Positions 43,357 through 54,175 of a stretch of 64,000 bases of DNA are shown one piece after another. The translations under genes were made by a program, and so were the position numbers. Origin of the DNA: an uncultured Acidobacteriota bacterium (lineage in GTDB: Bacteria; Acidobacteriota; Thermoanaerobaculia; Thermoanaerobaculales; Sulfomarinibacteraceae); assembly GCA_963712805.1 (NCBI GenBank), contig CAVQJV010000062.1, positions 14,157 to 78,156 on the forward strand, read 5' to 3'. The notes beneath the pieces are model-generated. The model saw only the letters and a program-made list of their open reading frames with translations. It ran no database searches and was not told the origin of the DNA. Each line of letters begins with the position of its first letter. Position 1 is the first letter of the stretch.

Positions 43357-45067
43357 ATGGACGATTTCAATCTCCCGCCGAATCCCGATTTCGCCGGCGT
43401 GTCGGGTCCCTTGCTGTTGGTGATCATGGACGGGGTGGGTCTCTACCGCGGACAGGCGGACGGATATCCGGCCAACGCGGTCGATCTGGCGATCGACCCC
43501 GAATCTCGATCGACTCCTCGCACATGCTGACGTTCGGATGGAGCTCGCGGCCCATGGCCCAGCGGTGGGTCTTCCCGACGCGGGTGACATGGGCAACTCG
43601 GAGGTCGGACACAATGCGATGGGAGCGGGGAGAATCTTCGCGCAGGGCGCGAAACTCGTCGCCGACGCCATCGCGAGCGGGGCGATTTTCGAGGGACCGG
43701 TCTGGCGCCGCCTCATCGACGAGGTCGTCGCGAACGACGGGACGCTTCACCTCCTGGGACTGGTTTCCGATGGCAATGTTCACAGTCACATCGATCACAT
43801 CGAGGCCCTCGTGCGACAGGCGGCCGCCGAGGGGATCAAACGGATTCGACTGCACGCGCTCGCCGACGGCCGTGATGTCGATCCGGTGAGTTTTCACCGC
43901 TATGTCGAGCGTCTGGAGAGGTTGTTCGAAGCACTCCGATTCACGCGGCTGTGACGCGGCGATCGCCTCGGGCGGAGGGCGAATGACCATCACAATGGAC
44001 CGCTACAACGCCAACTGGGAGATGGTGCGGTTGGGTTGGGAGACCCATGTGCTCGGTCGTGGTCGGGCCTTTTGCCGACGCCATGGAGGCGATCGCGACC
44101 TTGCGGGAGGAACATCCGGGGATCATCGATCAGGATCTGCCGCCATTTGTGATTCACGATGGAAACGGTCACCCTGTCGGAACAATCAACGACGGGGACG
44201 CCGTCGTGTTCTTCAATTTTCGGGGCGACCGCGCCATCGAAATCTCGAGAGCCTTCACCGAGTCGGAATTCGATCGCTTCGATCGCGGCAGGCTACCGGT
44301 TGTCACCTACGCAGGGATGATGGAGTACGACGGTGATCTCGGGATCCCACGCGCTCTATCTTGTCCATCCGCCGGCCATCGGTCGGACCGTTTCAGAGTA
44401 TCTCGTTCACAACGGCGTCCGCCAACTCGCCACCGCCGAGACCCAGAAGTTCGGTCACGTGACCTATTTCTGGAATGGCAACAACTCCGAGAAGTTCGAT
44501 TCCGAACTCGAAGAGTGGGTGGAGGTCCCCAGCGACGTCATCCCGTTCGAAAATGCACCGGCGATGAAGGCGCCGGAGGTCTGTAGGGTGGTCCTCGATG
44601 CTCTTGCCGGCGGCCGTTTCGGTTTCATTCGGGTCAATTTCGCCAATGGCGACATGGTCGGTCATACCGGCGTTCTCGAAGCGGCGATCTCCGCTATGGA
44701 GACGGTGGACGAGTGCTTACGGCTCCTGGAGGAGGAGATTCACAGGGTTGGTGGGACCATGATCGTGACCGCGGATCACGGCAACCTCGATATGATGCTC
44801 GAAGTCGACAAGAAGACCGGTGAGATCAAGTGCGGACCGGATGGGATCCCCGTGGTCAAGACGAGCCACACGCTCTCTCCGGTACCCTGGTTGTTGACCG
44901 GAAAAGACGCCGATCGCTTCGAGCCGAATCCCCGGGTCGAACGACCCGGTCTTGGAAACCTGGCCGCCACGTTGCTCCTGCTGCTCGGATTCGAGTCGCC
45001 AGCCGACTACCTGCCTTCCTTGATCGTGACCCGATCAGGAGAGGGCAACTCCGCGGTGGGTTCGTGA
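43357..45067 (+). CDS. gpmI: 2,3-bisphosphoglycerate-independent phosphoglycerate mutase (frameshifted)
   Basis: [61 protein letters not shown]. Confidence 0.93.
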
Positions 45068-45075
45068 AGGTGCGA

Positions 45076-45105
45076 TTGACCCCCTCTTCGCCTCTCTGGT
45101 AGAGT
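45076..45105 (+). promoter_or_regulatory. Sigma-70-type promoter positioned for a leaderless accA mRNA
   Basis: TTGACC-18 bp-TAGAGT with a TG extension; ATG follows 6 nt later with no SD. Confidence 0.45.
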
Positions 45106-45111
45106 CCGGCA

Positions 45112-46065
45112 ATGGCGTCTCCCACCTTACCCTTTCTCGAGCCCATCGAGAGTCTCCGAGCGCAGATCCGCGATCTCGAACTCGCGTCGGCAGGCTCGAA
45201 GCCGAGCGCAGCACTTGTCAAGACTCGGCGAGCACTCGCATCCACCATCGACAGCGTCTTTTCATCGTTGACCCCATACCAGCGCTGCCAGGTGGCCCGG
45301 CACCCGGATCGGCCCTACACCCAGGACTACATTTCGTCGATGTTCAGCGAGTTCACCGAACTCCACGGGGACCGTCGATTTGCCGATGATCCGGCTGTGA
45401 TCTCCGGTTTTGCCGTCTTCGACGGCGATCCTGTAGCGGTCGTCGGCCACCAGAAGGGGCGCGACACGACAGCCAAGCTCTACCGCAATTTCGGAATGCC
45501 CCGACCTGACGGCTACCGCAAGGCGTTGCGGGTCATGGAGATGGCGGGTCGCTACCGCCGGCCGGTGATCTCCTTCATCGATACTCCGGGAGCGTATCCA
45601 GGGATCGATGCGGAAGAACGCGGGCAGGCGGAGGCGATCGCCTTCAATCTGATGGAGATGGCTCGGCTTCCGGTGCCGATCATTGTGGTGGTGACCGGAG
45701 AAGGTGGTTCCGGCGGGGCCCTGGGTCTCGGGGTAGGGGACCGCATCCTGATGCTCGAACACGCGGTCTATTCGGTGATTTCCCCCGAAGGGTGCGCAGC
45801 GATCCTCTGGAAGGACCAGGCCCGAGCCGAGGACGCGGCACGGGCGCTCAGGCTGACCGCCAAGGACCTCAAAGATCTCGGGGTCACCGACGAGATTCTT
45901 CCGGAACCGTCAGGGGGCGCGCATATGGATCCCAAGGTCATGGCGAAGACAGTTGAAGCGGCAGTGAGGCGCAATCTCAAGCAGCTTCGAAGGATCAGAC
46001 CGGACGCTTTGGTCGCCCGTCGCTACAAGAAGTACCGGGCAATGGGAATGGTCGCCGTTCGCTGA
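45112..46065 (+). CDS. accA: Acetyl-CoA carboxylase carboxyltransferase alpha subunit
   Basis: ARHPDRP, ELHGDR, NFGMP.P.GYRKA, IDTPGAYPG..AEERGQ, GEGGSGGAL, VISPEGCA.ILW. Confidence 0.96.
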   Translation: MASPTLPFLEPIESLRAQIRDLELASAGSKPSAALVKTRRALASTIDSVFSSLTPYQRCQVARHPDRPYTQDYISSMFSEFTELHGDRRFADDPAVISGFAVFDGDPVAVVGHQKGRDTTAKLYRNFGMPRPDGYRKALRVMEMAGRYRRPVISFIDTPGAYPGIDAEERGQAEAIAFNLMEMARLPVPIIVVVTGEGGSGGALGLGVGDRILMLEHAVYSVISPEGCAAILWKDQARAEDAARALRLTAKDLKDLGVTDEILPEPSGGAHMDPKVMAKTVEAAVRRNLKQLRRIRPDALVARRYKKYRAMGMVAVR

Positions 46066-46147
46066 GACGGGGCCGCACAATGGCTTTGCCCATCACCGAC
46101 CCCACCGTGTCGCCGGTCGTCGTCTGCACCCGGCACCGTAACGCGGT

Positions 46148-48106
46148 ATGAGCGCGAGAAGCCGAGCCTGGATCCGCTACGGATCGGCTCTGCTGATCGC
46201 GGCTTTCCTGATTGGGGTTGCCGCGGTCGGCTACCAACGGACCCGCCGGAACTCAGACGGTGCCAGGAGGGTTGACCCCACGGAGGTCGGTTTCGATGCG
46301 GCGGATGTCGCCATCGGGCTCTACAAGGGATTCCAACACACCGAGACGATGAAGGGTAAACCGATCTTCATCCTCAACTCGTTACGAACGCTGAGCATGG
46401 CCTCGGGGTGGCAGGAGATCGAGGGTGTCCGCCTGGAGTTCTTTCGCGAGGGAGAGCAGGGACCCGTTCTGACCGCCGAGAAGGCGAGCTTCAACATCGA
46501 CACCCGGGATGCGAGGCTCGAGGGCGGTATCCACGTCGTCTTTCCCAACGGCGCATTCCTCAACACCGAGGCCGGTCAGTTCCTGTCGAAACAACAGACC
46601 TTTGTCTCCGATGCGCCGGTGCTGTATGTCGACGGACCCACCTTTGGCCAGGCGCAAAGGGCAAGTTATAACCTCAAGGAGGATTGGGTCAGGCTCGAAG
46701 GCAACGCGGCCCTGAGAGCCGAGGACGGCGCGATGCTGATCGCGCCGAGGTTGGTGTACCGCCGGGACGAGCGAAAGGTGTTCTTTTCCGACGGCGTCGA
46801 TCTCACCCAGTACCATTCTCGACTCAGGGCGCCGCGGGCCACGGTTTCCCTCGACTCGAACGACGGCCCACCGGAGATGATCGAAATGTCGGGCGGGGTT
46901 GAGCTCACGACGACCGTCGAGTCGACCGGTGCGCTGGTCGAGATGTGGGGCGAGAGGGTGGTGTTGAAACGAGACGCCAACGGACAGTGGCACATCAAGG
47001 TTCGCTCCACGGGACAGTGGGTCGATGTTCGTTTCACCGGCGGACCGGACTATTACGAACGGACGCTGCAAACCATGGTCCTCAGCGGGGTGATGGGAAC
47101 CGAGGGAATCATCAGCATGAATGCGGACAAAGGAGTCTGCCTCAACGAGGTTCCCTTGGAGGGTCCGCCGCGATCGGTGACTGCGGAGAGCGCCCGTGCC
47201 TGGTTCAACAACGGGCAGTTGACCGATGTCGAGTTTGACGGAGAGGTTGAAATCACCGCCGAAGACATGCTCGCGCGAGGACAGCGGGCGCGGCTTGTCC
47301 AGGCTTCGGGGTTGGCCATGCTCCAGGGTGATCCGACCGGTCGAAACCGGGTCGGTTTGGATTCCAGTCGTGGGAGGATGTCCTGCGACGAGGCGACCCT
47401 CTTTGATCGTGAGGGCCGAATCGAAGCCAGGGGCCAGGTTCATGGTGAGCTTCTGGACGCCAGCCTCCTGGGGTCGGAGGGTCCGAGGGACGATGACGAT
47501 CCCGTCCGTTTTGCCGGTGAACTCATCGAGGTCGAGGAGGGGGGCGGAGTCTACTCTCTCCGCGACAACGCCCGAATCTGGCAGGGCCATCGCCTGCTCC
47601 TCGCCGATGACGTTGTGTATCGGCACGAGACCGAATCGGTCGCCGCCCGGGGCCATGTTCGGCTGACCTTCCCGGCCGATCAGATGGACGCCGCCGCATC
47701 CAAGGACGAGGATGTGGTGGTGGTCGCGCGCTCGTTGGACTACGACGGGCCGGGGGGCCGAGCGGTGTTTCGCGGCTCGGTCCACTACTCGGATCCGAAG
47801 TACACACTCGCCGCCAACCGACTGGTGATCGCCTTTGACGAGAACGACGAGATCTCCGATGTCGAGGCCGAAGGGGCGGTGGAAATCAATGATCTCGCGA
47901 TGGGAAGGCGATTGACCGGCCAGCACGCAACGCGTGAGGTCAAGAGCCAGGTCATTACCGTCACCGGATCTCCCGCACAACTCGCCGACCCGCGCGGAAA
48001 TATCGCCTCGGGCGAGTCGTTGACCTGGAATCAGGCCGATGGTACGGTCTCGATCGGTGGCGGCACCGAATTGATCTACTACCCGGAGGAGACCCCTGAG
48101 CCCTAA
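46148..48106 (+). CDS. LPS export periplasmic bridge protein, LptC/LptA-like multi-beta-jellyroll fusion
   Basis: N-terminal TM, then 600+ aa of beta-rich OstA-like repeats; immediately upstream of lptB-rpoN. Confidence 0.75.
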   Translation: MSARSRAWIRYGSALLIAAFLIGVAAVGYQRTRRNSDGARRVDPTEVGFDAADVAIGLYKGFQHTETMKGKPIFILNSLRTLSMASGWQEIEGVRLEFFREGEQGPVLTAEKASFNIDTRDARLEGGIHVVFPNGAFLNTEAGQFLSKQQTFVSDAPVLYVDGPTFGQAQRASYNLKEDWVRLEGNAALRAEDGAMLIAPRLVYRRDERKVFFSDGVDLTQYHSRLRAPRATVSLDSNDGPPEMIEMSGGVELTTTVESTGALVEMWGERVVLKRDANGQWHIKVRSTGQWVDVRFTGGPDYYERTLQTMVLSGVMGTEGIISMNADKGVCLNEVPLEGPPRSVTAESARAWFNNGQLTDVEFDGEVEITAEDMLARGQRARLVQASGLAMLQGDPTGRNRVGLDSSRGRMSCDEATLFDREGRIEARGQVHGELLDASLLGSEGPRDDDDPVRFAGELIEVEEGGGVYSLRDNARIWQGHRLLLADDVVYRHETESVAARGHVRLTFPADQMDAAASKDEDVVVVARSLDYDGPGGRAVFRGSVHYSDPKYTLAANRLVIAFDENDEISDVEAEGAVEINDLAMGRRLTGQHATREVKSQVITVTGSPAQLADPRGNIASGESLTWNQADGTVSIGGGTELIYYPEETPEP

Positions 48107-48830
48107 AGCGCTCGACCTTGTCGCCCATGAACTGAGGAAGTCCTATCGTGGGCGCTCGGTGGTCGATGGGGTTTCACTGACCATCGAACCTGGCGAGATT
48201 GTCGGGCTATTGGGACCGAACGGCGCCGGGAAGACCACGACCTTCTACATGATGGTGGGTCTCATCGAGCCCGATCAGGGGAGGGTCGTCCTCGGCGAGC
48301 GTGACATCACCGCAATGCCCATGTTCCGGCGAGCTCGGATGGGGGTTGCCTATCTCGCGCAGGAGCCGAGCGCCTTCAAACATCTTTCGGTGGAGGACAA
48401 CATCTGGTTGATTCTCGAGGCGTTGGGAGTTGATTCCAAGACCGCGCACGACAGAATCGGGAAACTGATTCGGGATTTTGGACTCGAGTCCCTCAAGGGC
48501 CAACGGGCCGAGACCCTCTCGGGCGGCGAACGTCGAAGGCTCGAGATCGCCCGGGCGTTGTCGACTGAACCGACCTTTATTCTCCTCGACGAACCGTTCG
48601 CCGGCATCGATCCCATCGCGGTACTTGATCTACAGCGGATCATCGCTCATCTCAAGTCATTGGGAATAGGCGTTTTAATCACGGACCATAACGTTCGAGA
48701 AACATTGAAGATCACCGACCGAGCCTATATAATCAAAGACGGCAAGATTTTTGCAACAGGGCACCCGGTTGATCTTGCCGGTAACGAGGATGTTCGCAGG
48801 ATATACCTTGGCGAGGACTTTCAACTCTAG
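48096..48830 (+). CDS. lptB: LPS export ABC transporter ATP-binding protein (probable CTG start at 48096; first GTG at 48159)
   Basis: [56 protein letters not shown]. Confidence 0.95.
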   Translation: MSPKALDLVAHELRKSYRGRSVVDGVSLTIEPGEIVGLLGPNGAGKTTTFYMMVGLIEPDQGRVVLGERDITAMPMFRRARMGVAYLAQEPSAFKHLSVEDNIWLILEALGVDSKTAHDRIGKLIRDFGLESLKGQRAETLSGGERRRLEIARALSTEPTFILLDEPFAGIDPIAVLDLQRIIAHLKSLGIGVLITDHNVRETLKITDRAYIIKDGKIFATGHPVDLAGNEDVRRIYLGEDFQL

Positions 48831-48973
48831 ACCCGTCGGACACGATCGCCGGAATCAAGGGCGACCGACCGTGAGTTTGCGAGCCCGAAAGCTGGAGGTG
48901 TCCGATCTGACGAATCAACAACATCGAGAACCCTCCCCGCGGCGCCGCAGCGCAGGGTGAGATAGCGAGATAC

Positions 48974-50515
48974 ATGGCGCTCGAGCAGAAGCTCCGTTTG
49001 AAGTTGGCGCAGCGGTTGGTGATGACGCCGTCGCTGCAACAGGCCATCAAGCTGCTCCAGCTGTCTCGGCTGGAGCTCGAGGAGACTCTGGCTCAGGAGA
49101 TCCTCGAGAACCCGGTCCTCGATGTCGAGGAATCGACGGAGGAGTCTGACGAGGCATCGGCCGCGGAGCTGGAAACCGACGATGGAGATTCGGCGGCCGC
49201 CGCTGCCGAGATCGAATTCGGGGAGGAATCGCTCGCCGACATTCCGACCGAAGCCGCCGACGGTGAAGATATTTTGCCATCGGCGGAGGAGGCCTACGAC
49301 GATATCGACGTCGAGGCGTTTTTTTCCGACTACCTCGCCGATCACCGACCGGAGGGTCCCTCGATGGCCGCCTCCGATCCCGGCAACGGGATCCCGCTGG
49401 AGAACGTCGTTTCGTCATCAGAAGGGCTCGGCGAACACCTGATATGGCAGCTCCACATGATGGACTGCGGCGAGCGAATCGTGAGGATCGCCGAGTACAT
49501 CGTCGGAAATCTGGACGAGGACGGGTACCTTCACGTATCTGACGAGGAGATTGCGTCAGGAACGGGCGCGCGGTCTGAAGAGGTGGTCGAGGCGCTCGAA
49601 GCGGTTCGTTCGCTTGATCCACCCGGGGTGGCGGCGAGAAGCCTGCAAGAGTGCTTTCTGATGCAGATCAACCTGCTCGTCGCGGTCGCCGACGACGATG
49701 CCGAAGCTGAATTGCTCAAGCGCGCGCAGATGGTGATTTCGGAATACTGGGACGATCTGCTGCACCAGCGGTGGGAGAAACTCGCGAACGCATGCGATTG
49801 CGAGATCGCCTCGTTCAAGGATCTCGTCTCGGTCATTCACCGACTCGAACCCAAACCCGGTCGCATCTTTCATCAGGAACGGAATCAGTACATCGAACCC
49901 GATGTCCATATTCGTAAGGTTGATGATGAATACACGATTCACCTCAACGATGACGGATTGCCTCGGTTACGGATCAATTCGAGGTACGCCCGGATGCTCG
50001 AAGGTGCGACGGTCGACCCTCAGGTGGCGGGTTATCTGCGCGAAAAAATGCGAAGCGCCGTCTGGTTGATGAAGAGCATCGACCAGCGTCAGCGCACGAT
50101 CTACAAGGTCGCGAACAGCATCGTGACCTTTCAACGGAATTTCCTCGACTTCGGGATTGAACACCTCAAACCCATGGTGCTCCGGCAGGTGGCGGAGGAC
50201 ATCGGAATGCACGAGTCCACCATCTCGAGGGTGGTGAGCAACAAGTACATGTACACGCCGCGCGGACTCTTTCCGATGAAATACTTCTTCCATTCCGGCG
50301 TCGACTCGGCGCGCGGGGAGAATATCTCTTCGCTGGTCGTCAAAGAGCGAATCAAAAAACTGGTCGAGGCGGAAGATCCGTCGCGGCCGTTGTCGGATTC
50401 GAAAATCATGCGAATGCTCCAGCGTGAAGGAATTCGCCTCGCGCGGAGGACTGTTGCTAAGTACCGAGAAGAGATGGCGATTCCGTCATCCGACAAACGC
50501 AAAAAGGTTTTCTGA
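48974..50515 (+). CDS. rpoN: RNA polymerase sigma-54 factor
   Basis: MTPSLQQAIKLLQL, HESTISR, RpoN box ARRTVAKYRE. Confidence 0.97.
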   Translation: MALEQKLRLKLAQRLVMTPSLQQAIKLLQLSRLELEETLAQEILENPVLDVEESTEESDEASAAELETDDGDSAAAAAEIEFGEESLADIPTEAADGEDILPSAEEAYDDIDVEAFFSDYLADHRPEGPSMAASDPGNGIPLENVVSSSEGLGEHLIWQLHMMDCGERIVRIAEYIVGNLDEDGYLHVSDEEIASGTGARSEEVVEALEAVRSLDPPGVAARSLQECFLMQINLLVAVADDDAEAELLKRAQMVISEYWDDLLHQRWEKLANACDCEIASFKDLVSVIHRLEPKPGRIFHQERNQYIEPDVHIRKVDDEYTIHLNDDGLPRLRINSRYARMLEGATVDPQVAGYLREKMRSAVWLMKSIDQRQRTIYKVANSIVTFQRNFLDFGIEHLKPMVLRQVAEDIGMHESTISRVVSNKYMYTPRGLFPMKYFFHSGVDSARGENISSLVVKERIKKLVEAEDPSRPLSDSKIMRMLQREGIRLARRTVAKYREEMAIPSSDKRKKVF

Positions 50516-50526
50516 TCGGAGACACT

Positions 50527-51072
50527 ATGAGAGTTGACTACATCGCCCGTAAAGTCACCCTGGATGAGAGCTTTCGCCAACTGACCGAGAAAAAGCTGGC
50601 CAAGATCACCAAGTACTTCAACGACATCCTCGATATGAGGGTGGAGGTTGCTCAGGAGCGCCACCTCTACAAGCTGGATCTCTTTGTCAAGGGAAAAGAC
50701 TTTGACATCCAGGCAACGACCCAGAACAAGGAACTCGGCGCCGCCCTTCAGGAAGGCGTCGACAAGCTTGAGATTCAGGCTCGCCGCGCCAAGACGCGGC
50801 TGAAGGACCACAAACCTCGTGGCGGTGAAATGAAGAAGGTGCAGGATTGGGAGGTCGAGGTCTTCGAGAGCGACACGGAGACATCCGGACCGCCGCGGAT
50901 CGTCGAGCGCTCAAGCATGCCCATCAAGCCGATGACGGTCGAGGATGCCATTCTCCAGCTGGAGAAGAGTCCGGACCAGTTCATGGTTTTCCGCAACGCG
51001 AACACCGACCGGATCAACGTGCTCTACAGGCGGGGCGACAAGCACTTGGGGCTGATCACCCCGGAGCTTTGA
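50527..51072 (+). CDS. hpf: Ribosome hibernation promoting factor (long HPF)
   Basis: S30AE-like N-domain plus KPMTVEDAILQL...F.VFRN...INVLYRR..GLI; follows rpoN. Confidence 0.9.
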   Translation: MRVDYIARKVTLDESFRQLTEKKLAKITKYFNDILDMRVEVAQERHLYKLDLFVKGKDFDIQATTQNKELGAALQEGVDKLEIQARRAKTRLKDHKPRGGEMKKVQDWEVEVFESDTETSGPPRIVERSSMPIKPMTVEDAILQLEKSPDQFMVFRNANTDRINVLYRRGDKHLGLITPEL

Positions 51073-51539
51073 TGAAAATCCGCGACGCCATTCAGCCGGA
51101 TCTCGTCTTCCTCGGCCTTGAAGCCGAGGATGCCGAGTCGGCTATTGACGTCATGGCGCGTGAGCTTTCCGCCGCGTCACGGCTCGATGCGGTCATGGTG
51201 AAAAGCGCGCTCATCGAACGAGAGCGGCTCGGATCGACTTCGGTCGGGAACGGATTTGCGATCCCGCACTGCAAGCTCCAGGACCTCGGTGAGATCGTCG
51301 TCGCGCTCGCGCGTTTTGACGAGGGCGTCGATTTTGGTGACGCCAACAAACACGCGGCCGCGAGGTTCTTTTTTCTGGTTCTCTCGCCACCGGATCAACC
51401 GGCGGAGCACCTCCAGGTGCTGTCTCAAATCGCTCGGATTTTGAAAAATGCGGATCTCCGAAAAGAGCTTCTCGATGCGACTGACGTCGAGTCCATTGCC
51501 ACCGCGATTCAGCGTGCTGCGGAGCAGGAGGGTCTGTGA
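51072..51539 (+). CDS. ptsN: PTS EIIA(Ntr)-like protein
   Basis: ERERLGSTSVGNGFAIPH, HLQVLSQIAR. Confidence 0.85.
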   Translation: MKIRDAIQPDLVFLGLEAEDAESAIDVMARELSAASRLDAVMVKSALIERERLGSTSVGNGFAIPHCKLQDLGEIVVALARFDEGVDFGDANKHAAARFFFLVLSPPDQPAEHLQVLSQIARILKNADLRKELLDATDVESIATAIQRAAEQEGL

Positions 51540-52522
51540 AGCTCCCGCCGCCGATTACGGTGAGTCGACTCCTGCGGGAGCCGAGACTTGCGCCTCTCAA
51601 GTTGCACATCACCGCCGGCGAGGGCGGGCTCGAGTCGCGAGAAATCTCGAACCCGAGAATCCAGAAGCCGGGACTCGCGTTGGCGGGGTACCTGCCGTAC
51701 GTCAAGACGGGGCGCCTTCAGATTCTCGGCGAATCTGAATATTCCTATCTCGATACCCTCGGCGAAGAACTCGCCGCGGATCGACTCAGCAAGATCGTCG
51801 ATCTCGAGGTTCCGTGCGTGATTTCGACCAAAGGGAATCAGCCGCCGCAACGGGTCATCGAGACCTGCAACGAGCGCAAGCTGCCGGTACTGACAACCAT
51901 GGCCCAGACCTCGGAGACGATCGAGATCATCTCGGGTTTTCTCGAGGACGAGCTCGCGCCGAGGGTTCAGATGCACGGCGTCCTCCTCGACGTGTTTTCA
52001 TTGGGGACCCTCATCGTTGGTGATGCCGGCATCGGCAAATCGGAGTGCGCCCTCGAGTTGATCTATCGAGGGCACCGGCTCGTCGCCGACGATCTCGTGA
52101 TCGTCCGCCGCACCCACAATCGCGGTCTGGTGGGTTCTCCGCACGAGCTCCTGCAAAACTACCTTGAACTCCGAGGCGTGGGAATCATCGATATTCGAAA
52201 GCACTTCGGAATGACCGCGACCCAACCTTCGGTCACCATCTCGCTGGTGATCCAGCTCATCAAGTTGAGCTCGGGCGCCAAGGCGATGGAGCAGAGGTGG
52301 CGCGAGCAGATGATGGAACGTCCGCGCGCGTGGACTTCCACCGAGACCATTCTCGGCGTGGAGATCCCGAAGTACACCATGGTCGTCGCCCCCGGCCGAG
52401 ATGTCGCGATCATGGTCGAAACCGCGGTTCGAAAATGTCTCCTGGCACAACGGGGCATCCAGGATGAACGCGATTTTCTCGATGTGGTGAACCAACTCGC
52501 GCAGGGGGACCCCGATGACTGA
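51536..52522 (+). CDS. hprK: HPr kinase/phosphorylase
   Basis: KPGLALAG, HGVL, GDAGIGKSE, HRLVADD, LELRGVGII, PGR. Confidence 0.93.
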   Translation: MKLPPPITVSRLLREPRLAPLKLHITAGEGGLESREISNPRIQKPGLALAGYLPYVKTGRLQILGESEYSYLDTLGEELAADRLSKIVDLEVPCVISTKGNQPPQRVIETCNERKLPVLTTMAQTSETIEIISGFLEDELAPRVQMHGVLLDVFSLGTLIVGDAGIGKSECALELIYRGHRLVADDLVIVRRTHNRGLVGSPHELLQNYLELRGVGIIDIRKHFGMTATQPSVTISLVIQLIKLSSGAKAMEQRWREQMMERPRAWTSTETILGVEIPKYTMVVAPGRDVAIMVETAVRKCLLAQRGIQDERDFLDVVNQLAQGDPDD

Positions 52523-53390
52523 TCATCGCTTTGGCGGCCCTTTCGTCATCACCGGTCTCTCGGGTTCGGGCAAGACGATCCTGTCGCGGGCGCTCGAGGA
52601 CATCGGATATCTTTGCGTCGATAACATCCCCCTCAAGCTCGTCAGTTCGCTTTTCGACACCACCGACAAGGACATCCAACGACTCGCGATCGTGCTCGAT
52701 GTTCGCGCGCAGGGAATGGCCGAGGAATTTCCAAGGATCTTCCGCGATCTCAAGCTCGGCTATGAGGGGCTGAGGTTGATTTTTGTCGAGGCCGATCCCG
52801 TGGTGTTGCTGCGGAGATACTCGGTGGCGCGCCGGCCGCACCCGATTCGGGACCGAGGGATCGAGGAGTCCATCGCCGCCGAACGAAGCTCGCTCGTCGC
52901 GGTTCGTGAGTTGGCTGACCTCATCGTCGACACGACGAATCTGTCACCGCATGACTTGAGGCGACAGATTCTCACCCTCGGTTCAGGCGTCACCGAACGT
53001 CCCGAGACGCTGACCGTCGAGGTGGAGAGTTTTTCGTATCTCCAGGGGGTTCCTTCGACGGCGAGCCTGGTCTTCGATGTCCGATTCCTGCCAAATCCAT
53101 ACTTTGAACAGGATCTCCGCGGTCTGGCCGGAGATGACGAACCTGTAAAGGACTGGCTGAACGGGCAGGAGGAGGTCGAGGAGGCGGTTCGACGCATCGT
53201 CGACCTCGCGCTCTACCTCGTGCCCAGGTACCGAGATGAGCTCAAGAGCCACGTCACCATCGCGATCGGCTGTACGGGTGGGCGACACCGATCCGTCTAT
53301 GTCGCCGAAAGGGTGGCGGAAGCGTTGAAGGCTCAAGGGCGTGAGTCGGTATTGCGCCATCGAGACAAGGAGCAGTGGAGGTATTCATGA
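52515..53390 (+). CDS. rapZ: RNase adapter RapZ/YvcJ
   Basis: GLSGSGKT, CVDNIP, RRPHP, FDVRFLPNPY, IGCTGGRHRSV. Confidence 0.95.
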   Translation: MTDHRFGGPFVITGLSGSGKTILSRALEDIGYLCVDNIPLKLVSSLFDTTDKDIQRLAIVLDVRAQGMAEEFPRIFRDLKLGYEGLRLIFVEADPVVLLRRYSVARRPHPIRDRGIEESIAAERSSLVAVRELADLIVDTTNLSPHDLRRQILTLGSGVTERPETLTVEVESFSYLQGVPSTASLVFDVRFLPNPYFEQDLRGLAGDDEPVKDWLNGQEEVEEAVRRIVDLALYLVPRYRDELKSHVTIAIGCTGGRHRSVYVAERVAEALKAQGRESVLRHRDKEQWRYS

Positions 53391-53794
53391 TCCCGGTGCT
53401 CGTGCTCACGCACGGTGATCTCGCAATTTCGATTCTGGAATCGGCGCGGATGATCGATCCTCATCTGGTCGACAACACCGACGCGGTGACTCTGCCCTGG
53501 GAGGTGGACACCGATGCCGCAACAGCTGATTTGAGGAAACGTCTGAAACTGATGGATAACGGGACCGGCGTTCTCATTCTCACGGATATGTTCGGCGGGA
53601 CCGCGACCAACCTCGCGCTGCCGTTTCTGGAGCCGGATCGCATCGAGATCGTGACCGGAATCAACCTTCCGATGTTGGTCAAGTTGGGATCGTTACGAGG
53701 ACGTGAGATCCCCCTGAATGAACTCGCGAGCCGATTGGCCGCGGCCGGGCAGAAGAGCATTCGGCTTGCCAGCGAATTTCTCAGGGGTCGTTGA
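53387..53794 (+). CDS. PTS mannose/fructose-type EIIA component
   Basis: VLTHG, ILTDMFGGTATN, TGINLPML. Confidence 0.9.
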   Translation: MIPVLVLTHGDLAISILESARMIDPHLVDNTDAVTLPWEVDTDAATADLRKRLKLMDNGTGVLILTDMFGGTATNLALPFLEPDRIEIVTGINLPMLVKLGSLRGREIPLNELASRLAAAGQKSIRLASEFLRGR

Positions 53795-53905
53795 CCACGG
53801 CGCGGCCATCCCAACACCGGTTACAATAGGGACAGGCATCCCCGGCTGAAAGCGATGACAACCGCCGGTGGGTGCAACACCACCGCAACGAGGAGTTCGA
53901 AGGAC

Positions 53906-54175
53906 ATGATGCAGCAGCAGGTGATGATCACCAACAAGCTCGGTCTGCACGCGCGCGCCGCAGCCAAGCTGGTTCACACCGCGAACACCTTCCGATCTGA
54001 GGTCTTCGTTGGTGGCGAGCATGAAGAGGTGAACGCCAAGTCGATTCTCGGTTTGCTGACCCTTGCCGCGTCGAAGGGAACTTCGGTGACGGTCCGCGCG
54101 GACGGCCCCGACGAAGAGGATGCGGTCCGAGCGCTTGTCGAGCTCTTCCACGACAAGTTCGGAGAGGGCGGGTGA
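53906..54175 (+). CDS. ptsH: Phosphocarrier HPr
   Basis: GLHARAA (His15) and NAKSILG (Ser46). Confidence 0.93.
   Translation: MMQQQVMITNKLGLHARAAAKLVHTANTFRSEVFVGGEHEEVNAKSILGLLTLAASKGTSVTVRADGPDEEDAVRALVELFHDKFGEGG

Noticed and set aside
3908-45067. Calling the broken genes pseudogenes or programmed frameshifts
   Set aside because: Essential genes are affected, motifs are otherwise intact, and the breaks stop abruptly at ~45 kb; sequencing error is the simpler explanation
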